In this document: one piece after another, positions 1 through 6,638 of the stretch
How positions within the stretch are numbered: position 1 is the stretch's first letter
How the letters are laid out: every line of letters starts with the position of its first letter
Source of the DNA: an uncultured Acidimicrobiales bacterium
GTDB taxonomy: Bacteria; Actinomycetota; Acidimicrobiia; Acidimicrobiales; UBA10347
Length of the DNA: 36,771 bases
Direction: 5' to 3'
Assembly: GCA_937942965.1 (NCBI GenBank)
Contig: CALDGN010000315.1
Span: forward strand, 1-36,771
The notes under the pieces: model-generated
Told to the model about the DNA's origin: nothing
Database searches by the model: none
Seen by the model: only the letters and a program-made list of their open reading frames with translations
Made by a program: the position numbers and the translations under genes

Positions 1-113
1 GAGAGATGAGCTATTGCGGCCATAGCTCACGGTGAATCGCTAGGAAAGCGATGCTTAATAGGTCTGTGAAGCTAGCCGTCGTCTAGTGCACATGGTTCGA
101 CACCTGTCCGATT
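1..113. other. Unassigned lower-GC, hairpin-dense non-coding segment cut by the window edge (possible fragment of a structured RNA or leader)
   Basis: 63/120 G+C (about 52%) in nt 1-120 by my count, against a clearly GC-richer remainder. Perfect hairpins at 7-29 (TGAGCTAT / ATAGCTCA, 7-nt loop) and 36-52 (ATCGCT / AGCGAT, 5-nt loop), and a weaker one at 71-87. No convincing ORF. Confidence 0.2.
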
Positions 114-128
114 GGCCCAACAGGGGCC
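114..128 (-). terminator. Possible stem-loop terminator downstream of pyrE
   Basis: GGCCC-aacag-GGGCC, a 5-bp GC stem lying 26 nt past the pyrE stop on the minus strand. No U-tract follows, so it is weak. Confidence 0.25.
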
Positions 129-153
129 ACCGCATTGCGCAGCAGTCCGGGGA

Positions 154-831
154 CTACGCACCCCACTCGGCGAGATAGCCGCGCATTGCCTCGGCAAGCT
201 GGGGCGTCAACACGACGGTTCCGTCGAGCTCGCGGCCCTCGAGGTGCTCGATCACCTCGTGCACCGACACGATCGCGAAGGTGTCCATCTCGAACTCACG
301 GCCGAGCTGCACGAGCGCCGTCTCGTCCGTCGTGTGGCGTTCGGACCGGTCGACTGAGATCACGAGGCCGTGCAGCTCGACATCGGCAACGGCTCGCAGT
401 AGCGGCTCGGTTTCGCGGATCGAGGTGCCCGCGGTCGTGACATCTTCGACATAGAGAACACGGTCGCCATCGGCAGGTGTGTGGCCGACGAGCATGCCGC
501 CCTCGCCGTGATCTTTGGCTTCTTTGCGATCGAAGGTGAACGCGATGTCACGGCCGCGGCGAGCGAGCGCCACCGCGGTCGTGACCACCAGCGGGATGCC
601 CTTGTAGGCAGGGCCGAAGAGCACGTCGGGCGCTTGGCCTGACGCATCGACTTGCGCTTCGATCGCGTCGGCGTAGAACTCTCCGAGACGGTCCATCTGG
701 GCCCCGGTGCGATACCGGCCCGTGTTCACGAAGTACGGCGTGTTCCGGCCGCTCTTGGTCACGAAGTCGCCGAACGTCAGGACCCCTGACGCGACCATGA
801 ACTCGATGAATTCCTGCTTGTATCGCTCCAC
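154..831 (-). CDS. pyrE: Orotate phosphoribosyltransferase
   Basis: 225-aa ORF with a GTG start. N-terminus MERYKQEFIEFMVASGVLTFGDF..GR.TPYF and PRPP loop VLYVEDVTTAGTS are typical of PyrE. Confidence 0.92.
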   Translation of the reverse strand: MERYKQEFIEFMVASGVLTFGDFVTKSGRNTPYFVNTGRYRTGAQMDRLGEFYADAIEAQVDASGQAPDVLFGPAYKGIPLVVTTAVALARRGRDIAFTFDRKEAKDHGEGGMLVGHTPADGDRVLYVEDVTTAGTSIRETEPLLRAVADVELHGLVISVDRSERHTTDETALVQLGREFEMDTFAIVSVHEVIEHLEGRELDGTVVLTPQLAEAMRGYLAEWGA

Positions 832-888
832 GAAGCGAGTCTTCCAGATGCTCTCGCCCGAGGCACGGACACACGCCGAGTCTGGGAG

Positions 889-1713
889 CTAGCCGGTCTG
901 GGTCAGGGCGTCGGTGTGGTCGGTGATCCAGGCGACGGTCTCACGGTTCGTTGCCTCGTAGCCACTCGCGATCATCTGCTGGAACCCGACGTTGCCGCCA
1001 TCGGCGAGGGCTCGCACATTGGTGCGTGCCTGGTCGAGAAACGCGATGCCTTGTGCGACCACGTAGGCACGGTCGTCCTCGTCGAGCTCGTGCACGTCAC
1101 AGATGATCCGGAAGCGCCGCACTCGATCGAGCTCGACAGCTTCGGCCGCGTTCTCGCCGCCAAACGGCACCCAGTGTCGAGCCAGCACGGCGATGTCGAA
1201 GCGTGGGTCGACCGGAGCGACGTAGTCGAAGTCGACGAAGCCGGTCACGCGGCGCGTGTCAATGTCGACGATGACATTCGAAAGGCAAAGGTCGTTGTGG
1301 CAGAACGAGGCACCTTTGGACCCAGCGGGGAAGTAGTTGCCGCCAGAAACGGCCCACGTCGCGTCGGGCAGGGCGATGTAGTCCCGTGCAGCACGTTGCA
1401 GGTCTCGCTGACGCTCAGCAACGTCGATGAGCAGTCCCTCGTCGAAAGCCCACGACGGGTACGGCGAGGTCGGAGCCTGCCCTGGGATGTAGCTCAGGCG
1501 CTGACGGCCTTGGTCGTCGGAGCCAAGCGGCGTCGGCCCAAGGTCGCAGCCCTGGTTCTGCAGATACTCGAGGAAGTGCGCAACGAAAGGGCTCTGCGGA
1601 TGCGTGGGCCGAGCAACCTCGTCGCCGATGCGCACGACACTGCCGACATTGGCCCGCCCGCCGATGAGCGGGATTTCGGCTGGCTCAGTCACGGTCCCAG
1701 TCTGGCGCCCCAT
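889..1713 (-). CDS. Aminoglycoside/choline-kinase-type phosphotransferase family protein (APH fold)
   Basis: 274-aa ORF. It has the catalytic loop HNDLCLSNVIV (HxDxxxxN) and the metal-binding FVDFDY motif of the protein-kinase-like APH family. Confidence 0.82.
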   Translation of the reverse strand: MGRQTGTVTEPAEIPLIGGRANVGSVVRIGDEVARPTHPQSPFVAHFLEYLQNQGCDLGPTPLGSDDQGRQRLSYIPGQAPTSPYPSWAFDEGLLIDVAERQRDLQRAARDYIALPDATWAVSGGNYFPAGSKGASFCHNDLCLSNVIVDIDTRRVTGFVDFDYVAPVDPRFDIAVLARHWVPFGGENAAEAVELDRVRRFRIICDVHELDEDDRAYVVAQGIAFLDQARTNVRALADGGNVGFQQMIASGYEATNRETVAWITDHTDALTQTG

Positions 1714-1746
1714 CTCGAGGACGCGTGGGTTTCGCGGTACTGGACT

Positions 1747-2598
1747 TCAGCGAGAAGCGGAGTCCGCTGGCGTGAGCGAGAACAGTTCGTCGCGAAGCGG
1801 GGCGAGCGGCCCTTGGGCCACGCGTACGAGGAACCGACGTGCCGTCGTGAACTCGCGTGCCATGTCGCTGAGCGTCTCTCGCATCGTGCGATGCAACAGG
1901 TTCTGGCTGGCCATGCGGTACCAGATCGGACCGAACTCGAGATAGGCATCGAGCTGGGTGTTCATCGACGGGCGAAGTTCGCTAAGGACGCCGCGCACGG
2001 CCTTGGGCAGAACAAGTTCGAGTGTTTCGATCGTCTCGGCTGTCAAGGGCACACTCGCTGCGCCGGCAGGGTCGATGCTGGCCGCAAACAGGGCCTCGTC
2101 GCCGAGGAGCCGCAGGGCACCAGCGCGCTCGGTCTCGGCGACCTCGGCACACAGCGTGAGCAGTTCGTGGAGGCGTTCCGGCGAGCCAGGTCGATGAGGC
2201 GCCAGATCGAACCCATCAAGCCCGGCGAAACTGACGTCAGCCGGAAGGTGGGTTGCGAGGAGATCGACCATAAAGGTCTGGAACGGCCCCTGTCCTGCAA
2301 ATCGCAGCAGCGGGAGGTCGACCGGTGAGTCATCTCGTGCGGTCCAACCCGCCGAACAGATCTGCTCGGCGACACGATGGACCGAGATGGCGATCATGAG
2401 TCGGCGATGGGACAGATCGACGCCGAGCGGGCTGCGGGTGAGCAGACGGGCTGCTTCCGCGGAGCCGAGGGCGACGCGGATGCCGTTAGGACGCTCAGCA
2501 AAGAACCGGCTGGCGTCGGCCCGCGAGGCCATGCCAGTGGTTTCCGCCAAGATACCCAGCGCATTGGGATCGAGAAGCTCGAGATAGTCCGAGGACAC
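1747..2598 (-). CDS. Hypothetical cytoplasmic protein (no family recognised)
   Basis: 283-aa ORF with GC-rich third codon positions. GTG start is preceded by TAGGCT (2610-2605, minus strand) and a 6-nt spacer, a leaderless-type geometry. Confidence 0.7.
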   Translation of the reverse strand: MSSDYLELLDPNALGILAETTGMASRADASRFFAERPNGIRVALGSAEAARLLTRSPLGVDLSHRRLMIAISVHRVAEQICSAGWTARDDSPVDLPLLRFAGQGPFQTFMVDLLATHLPADVSFAGLDGFDLAPHRPGSPERLHELLTLCAEVAETERAGALRLLGDEALFAASIDPAGAASVPLTAETIETLELVLPKAVRGVLSELRPSMNTQLDAYLEFGPIWYRMASQNLLHRTMRETLSDMAREFTTARRFLVRVAQGPLAPLRDELFSLTPADSASR

Positions 2599-2697
2599 GA
2601 CGTAAGCCTACGGGTGAGGTTCCGATCGTTGTAAGGGCCATCCTGCTCATGTTGGGGGACACCAAATGGCTTCCCCAGCCCAGTATCGTCGGGCCCT

Positions 2698-3822
2698 GTG
2701 AGGGCTTGGAGTTTGGTGTGTTTGCGCTGGTTGCGCGCAGGCCAAGATCGCCCCAAAAGCGTTGGAATCTCAGGGATCTCCGTGGCCCTCGGATGTGTTC
2801 TCTTGTTCGCTGCTGGGTGCAGCAGCACACCCCAACGAATACCCGTTCCTGTCACTGAGCCGACAGTGGATCAAAACAGTGCCGAAACGGTTGTGGTCAC
2901 GCCGTCACCTACGGTGACATCTACGCCGGTTCCGACGCTCGATGATGACCCAATCGATTCCGTGACCACCGTCGACGCCGGGTCGGTCGTGACCGATGCA
3001 GCCGGCAACCAGGTTGCGGTTCACGCCGTTCGGGCCCTGCCCGCCGAGCTGCTCGTGCGGCCCGAAGACCAAGTGCGCATCGGCCGAGCCGCAGCGATGG
3101 ACATCAGCATGTGCCGATCCGGCGCGCTCGCGACCGCCGATGCCGCAAGCATCGAGTTCGCCGTCGTCGAGGCCGACAACGCGCCGCTCAGCGGCCTTGA
3201 GCCGCTCCCGGGGACGATCCCGCTCGTTGCGCCAGGCTTCGACCTGCCCGAGGCCGGGGCCTGCTCGCGTGGCTGGATCGCCGTCCATGTCGACAGCCTC
3301 GACGGCGACGTCGGACGCTATGTAATCGTCGTCAGCGGCGACGATGGTATGGAACGCCACGTCTACCAATGGTCCGAGCTCTCCGATGGTGACCTCGATC
3401 CCGCCGAGCAGCTGTTCGAACGCGGCGAGACCGTCACGTTCAACCAGGGGCCACTTGTCGGCACCACGATCGAACTCCAGGGCTGGGCAGAGCTCATCGG
3501 AGCCGAATCGCCAGCTGGGACCCGCCAGGTCGGGGTCTTGCTCGAGGTTTGCACCGCGACCGAAGACTGGCCCGAGTTCGGGCTCGGCGTCGATGGCTGG
3601 AACCTCATCACTGTCTCCGATCCAGCCGACCGGCTCGGAGCCGACCCGCTCGCGCCACTCACGGGCGGTTGCTTCGAGGACTGGGTCGAGTTCGCGGTCC
3701 CGTTCGGTCAGCGACCAACCGGGTTCACCGCCAGCGACGGCATCGACCGGGTCGACGGCGTCGCCGCATGGACGCTTGAGCGAGCGGCCATCGATGCGCC
3801 GGTCCTCGGCGGCGACGGATGA
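2698..3822 (+). CDS. Putative secreted lipoprotein, unknown function
   Basis: Signal peptide with lipobox LLFAAGC-SS, then a Thr/Pro/Val-rich linker and about 300 aa of beta-rich sequence. The start is uncertain: GTG 2698, or TTG/GTG at 2713-2731. Confidence 0.7.
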   Translation: MRAWSLVCLRWLRAGQDRPKSVGISGISVALGCVLLFAAGCSSTPQRIPVPVTEPTVDQNSAETVVVTPSPTVTSTPVPTLDDDPIDSVTTVDAGSVVTDAAGNQVAVHAVRALPAELLVRPEDQVRIGRAAAMDISMCRSGALATADAASIEFAVVEADNAPLSGLEPLPGTIPLVAPGFDLPEAGACSRGWIAVHVDSLDGDVGRYVIVVSGDDGMERHVYQWSELSDGDLDPAEQLFERGETVTFNQGPLVGTTIELQGWAELIGAESPAGTRQVGVLLEVCTATEDWPEFGLGVDGWNLITVSDPADRLGADPLAPLTGGCFEDWVEFAVPFGQRPTGFTASDGIDRVDGVAAWTLERAAIDAPVLGGDG

Positions 3823-5359
3823 CGTAGTGGCGTCGGCGGGCTGGCGGCGGGCGGCTGCCTTCTTGGCGATCGCTGGCGCGGTCGCGAGTTGCAGCGGCGG
3901 AAGCGAATCGAGCACGCCCGTCGATCCCGACGCGCCCGTTGCGCTCGCGACCACCGAGCCGCTTGCTGCGGTTGTGCCCACGGCGACGGTCGTGCCGACG
4001 CCGGCGCCCACACCGACGCCGACGTTCCAGGGGTGGGTCGACCCGGCCACGGTCGGGCAAAACGTGGGCGAGTTCGACGGCCTACTGACCTTCCGGGGCA
4101 ACCCGACCAGAACCTTCTATGGCAAAGGTCCCGTGCCTTCGAACCCGTCGGTGCAATGGCGTTTCGGTGCGCCCGATGAACTCTGCTCGTTCAGCATCGT
4201 CGGTGGTGAGTCGAGCAAGTGGTGCGGCACCGGCTGGACCGGACAACCAGCGATCTTTGACTACGACGAGCGGCGCTGGGTGGTCTTTGGTTCCTACGCA
4301 CCGGCGCTGCACTTCCTCGACGCATCGACGGGGGAGCGGTTGCTGGCCGACCTTGCGGTCGGCGACCTGATCAAGGGCTCGGTGACGATCGATCCCGAGG
4401 GCTTCCCGCTCGTCTACTTCGGGTCACGCGACGGATTCTTCCGAGTCGTGTCGTTCGACGGGCCGTCACCGGTTGAGTTGTGGCGGCTCGGCGCCGACGA
4501 GGTTTCGCCGACCCTTTGGAACGATGACTGGGATGGCGTCGCTGCGGTCGTCGACGACCATCTGTTCGTCGGCGGCGAGAACTCGAACATTCACATCGTT
4601 CGCCTGAACCGTGGCTACGACGCCGATGGGCGCGTGACGGTGGCCCCTGAGCTGATCTTCAATGCGCCCGGGTGGGACGACGAACTGCTCAACGATCTCG
4701 GCGACAGCAACGTGTCGATCGAGACCGCCGTGACAATCGTGGGCGACACCCTCTGGTTCTCGAACAGCGGGGGACTGGTCCAAGCCTGGGATATTGCTGG
4801 TCTGCGCGACGGTATTGCGCCGACTCGAATCTTCAGGTTCTGGACCGGCGACGACACCGACGCGTCGATCGTGATCGACGACGAAGGATTCGCCTATGTC
4901 GGTGTCGAGATTGAGCGGGCATTCTGGCGTGGCGTGCAGCTCGGTCAGCTGATCAAGCTCGATCCTCGTCGCCCCGACGATCCTGTGGTCTGGAGCCGTG
5001 ACCTCAAGGTGCGGGTTCCCGACGGGGTGTGGGCGACACCAGCGCTGCATCGCGATGTGCTCTACGTGCCGACCAACGAGGGCAACCTGCATGCGATCGA
5101 TCGGGCCACCGGCGAGACCCGGTGGCAGACGAAGCTCCAAGGCCCGGTGTGGTCGTCGCCGGTCGTCGTCGACGATGTGCTCCTGCAGGCCGACTGTGCC
5201 GGAATCATCCATGCCTGGGATGTCGCCGACACGACGATCGAACCGCCGAAGTTGTGGACGATCACGCTGCCGTGGTGCGTCGAGTCGACGCCAGCCGTGT
5301 GGGATGGCCAGATCATCGTCGGCCATCGACGGGGCGAGCTCATCGCCCTCAGTGACTAG
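3794..5359 (+). CDS. PQQ-like (BamB-type) beta-propeller repeat lipoprotein
   Basis: Lipobox IAGAVAS-C-SGG after a basic n-region. Repeated propeller motifs (LHFLDASTGERLL, LHAIDRATGETRWQ, IHAWDV, GELIALS). Start is ATG 3794 or GTG 3827. The upstream part of ORF 3344-5359 overlaps the preceding gene out of frame and is not counted as coding. Confidence 0.8.
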   Translation: MRRSSAATDDVVASAGWRRAAAFLAIAGAVASCSGGSESSTPVDPDAPVALATTEPLAAVVPTATVVPTPAPTPTPTFQGWVDPATVGQNVGEFDGLLTFRGNPTRTFYGKGPVPSNPSVQWRFGAPDELCSFSIVGGESSKWCGTGWTGQPAIFDYDERRWVVFGSYAPALHFLDASTGERLLADLAVGDLIKGSVTIDPEGFPLVYFGSRDGFFRVVSFDGPSPVELWRLGADEVSPTLWNDDWDGVAAVVDDHLFVGGENSNIHIVRLNRGYDADGRVTVAPELIFNAPGWDDELLNDLGDSNVSIETAVTIVGDTLWFSNSGGLVQAWDIAGLRDGIAPTRIFRFWTGDDTDASIVIDDEGFAYVGVEIERAFWRGVQLGQLIKLDPRRPDDPVVWSRDLKVRVPDGVWATPALHRDVLYVPTNEGNLHAIDRATGETRWQTKLQGPVWSSPVVVDDVLLQADCAGIIHAWDVADTTIEPPKLWTITLPWCVESTPAVWDGQIIVGHRRGELIALSD

Positions 5360-5387
5360 GCGAGGCAATTGGGCGAAGGACTTGGCC

Positions 5388-5443
5388 AAAAAGGAATTTG
5401 GTTGGAGCGCCTGTGGCACTCCAACCAAACTTCCGCCTTTTCC
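5388..5443. terminator. Bidirectional intrinsic terminator
   Basis: GGAATTTGGTTGGAG (5393-5407) pairs with CTCCAACCAAACTTCC (5419-5434): 15 bp with one bulge and an 11-nt loop. On the minus strand TTTTT follows immediately (5392-5388). On the plus strand GCCTTTTCC follows. It lies 34 nt past the stop of the propeller gene. Confidence 0.6.
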
Positions 5444-5493
5444 GCCTAGCTCCTGCCCTTCGGTCTGTTGAAGGGGAGAGGATTCGCCGCTGT
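5388..5493 (-). ncRNA. Candidate ~105-nt CRP-dependent small RNA (predicted, unverified)
   Basis: Predicted +1 (A) at 5493 from the extended -10 TGCGATGAT (5508-5500, minus strand). An internal hairpin CCCUUC/GAAGGG holds a C/U-rich arm, followed by the terminator hairpin 5434-5393 and UUUUU. No ORF. Confidence 0.35.
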
Positions 5494-5526
5494 GTGTTCA
5501 TCATCGCAGTCGACCACGCCTCCGTC

Positions 5527-5542
5527 TGTGAATCAGTTCACA
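5527..5542. promoter_or_regulatory. CRP/FNR-family (Crp/GlxR-type) operator palindrome
   Basis: TGTGAATCAGTTCACA is a perfect TGTGA-N6-TCACA, extended to 6-bp arms, inside an AT-rich island (21/50 G+C in 5521-5570). It is centred at -41.5 relative to the predicted minus-strand +1 at 5493. Confidence 0.45.
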
Positions 5543-5616
5543 TAGAAGCGGATTTCTGTGATTTTCGTGAACGCAGAGCGTGACGGCGATCACAGGCCCC
5601 GAGGGGCCTCGCCTGT

Positions 5617-6615
5617 TCAGCCGCTCACATCGACAACAACTCGACCACGAACTTGGCCCTCAAGGATCTGGGCCGCGGTCGCCGGAACATCGTCGAGACC
5701 GATGTTGGTGGTCATTTCGTCGAGCAGCGATGCGTCGAGATCGTGGGCGAGTCGACTCCACGCTTCGGTACGATCTTCTTGGGAGCGGTACACGCAGTTG
5801 ATGCCGACGAGGGTGACGCCACGCAGGATGAACGGCAGCACCGTGGTCGGCAGGTCCGGTCCTTGGGCGAGTCCGCAGGCAGTGACGACACCGTCATCGT
5901 TCATGCGGGCGAGCACGTTGGCCAGCGTCGCCGAACCGACCGGGTCGACCGCGGCCGCGTACTCGGACTTTTGCAGCGGACGGCCAGCTTCGCTCAACTC
6001 GGCGCGGTCCATAACGGTCGTCGCTCCGAGTCGGCGCAGATAATCGCCCTCGGCCTCGGCCCGGCCGGTCGAGGCCGTGACCTCGTAGCCCAACTTGGAC
6101 AGCAACGCCACGGCAACGCTGCCGACGCCACCGGCCGCGCCGGTCACGAGCACGGCGCCCGAGTCTGGGGTGATGCCCTGCTTCTCGAGGCCAATCACAC
6201 ACAGCATCGCCGTATAGCCGGCGGTGCCGATCGCAGCAGCTTGGCTTGCGGACATGCCATCGGGGACTGCGGTAAGCCACTCGGACTTCATGCGAGCTCG
6301 CTGTGCGAGGCCGCCCCAGTGCGACTCGCCAACGCCGAAGCCGTTGATCGTCACGAGGGTGCCCGGGGCCCAATCCGAAGAGCCGCCATCAGCGACGGTG
6401 CCGACGACATCGACGCCCGGCACCATCGGGTAGCCGTCCTTGGGGACGATGCCGGGCCGGCCCATGACAGCCATGCCGTCCTTGTAGTTCACGGTCGAAT
6501 GGCTGACATCGATCGTGACGTCGCCTTCGGGAAGCTGGTCGTCGGTGAGGTCAGTGATCGAGGCGTCTACTGCGCCGTCGTCGTCTTTGGTCAGGAGGAG
6601 TCCACGAAACGTCAT
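5617..6615 (-). CDS. YhdH/AcuI-family NADPH-dependent acryloyl-CoA/quinone-type oxidoreductase (MDR superfamily)
   Basis: 332-aa ORF. Contains VSHSTVNYKDGMA, GVDVVGTV and the Rossmann motif VLVTGAAGGVGSVAV, as in YhdH-type MDRs. Confidence 0.88.
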   Translation of the reverse strand: MTFRGLLLTKDDDGAVDASITDLTDDQLPEGDVTIDVSHSTVNYKDGMAVMGRPGIVPKDGYPMVPGVDVVGTVADGGSSDWAPGTLVTINGFGVGESHWGGLAQRARMKSEWLTAVPDGMSASQAAAIGTAGYTAMLCVIGLEKQGITPDSGAVLVTGAAGGVGSVAVALLSKLGYEVTASTGRAEAEGDYLRRLGATTVMDRAELSEAGRPLQKSEYAAAVDPVGSATLANVLARMNDDGVVTACGLAQGPDLPTTVLPFILRGVTLVGINCVYRSQEDRTEAWSRLAHDLDASLLDEMTTNIGLDDVPATAAQILEGQVRGRVVVDVSG

Positions 6616-6621
6616 GCTGTG

Positions 6622-6631
6622 AACCTAGTGT
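6622..6631. promoter_or_regulatory. Two opposed, overlapping -10 boxes for divergent leaderless genes
   Basis: Minus strand: TAGGTT (6627-6622), then 6 nt, then ATG 6615. Plus strand: TAGTGT (6626-6631), then 7 nt, then ATG 6639. Both fit the actinobacterial TAnnnT consensus. The whole spacer is 23 bp. Confidence 0.4.
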
Positions 6632-6638
6632 CTGACCC

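Noticed and set aside
92-106. GGTTCGA, a tRNA T-loop-like string
   Set aside because: The flanking bases do not form a 5-bp T-stem, and no acceptor or anticodon arms can be drawn on either strand.
1-130. Resemblance to the 3'-terminal helices of 23S rRNA (GAGATGAG, two hairpins, AATAGG, GAAGC plus a hairpin) and to the 5S rRNA segment GAAGCTAAGCC
   Set aside because: The near-universal motifs I would expect, GGTACTAATAG at the 23S 3' end and the CCGAAC loop of 5S, are absent. No 5S gene follows, and pyrE converges within about 25 nt. The similarity is from memory and may be coincidental, so the segment is kept only as an unassigned structured region.
916-2328. 470-aa plus-strand ORF spanning the APH-like and hypothetical genes
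   Set aside because: It runs antisense across two independently supported minus-strand genes and the spacer between them. The translation is Arg/Ala/Val/Gly-rich with no motifs. This is the typical long shadow ORF of a high-GC genome.
3344-3793. N-terminal 150 codons of the 671-aa ORF (3344-5359)
   Set aside because: This stretch overlaps the upstream lipoprotein gene in another frame and is Ser/Arg/Pro-rich nonsense. The real protein begins at the lipoprotein signal peptide (ATG 3794 or GTG 3827).
5557-5572. Second TGTGA half-site and a plus-strand extended -10 (TGTGATTTT) that would drive an RNA antisense to the reductase 3' end
   Set aside because: TGTGA-N6-TGAAC is not an inverted repeat. 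The CRP palindrome would be centred near -37.5 for this promoter, a non-canonical spacing. It is kept only as a weaker alternative to the minus-strand sRNA model.
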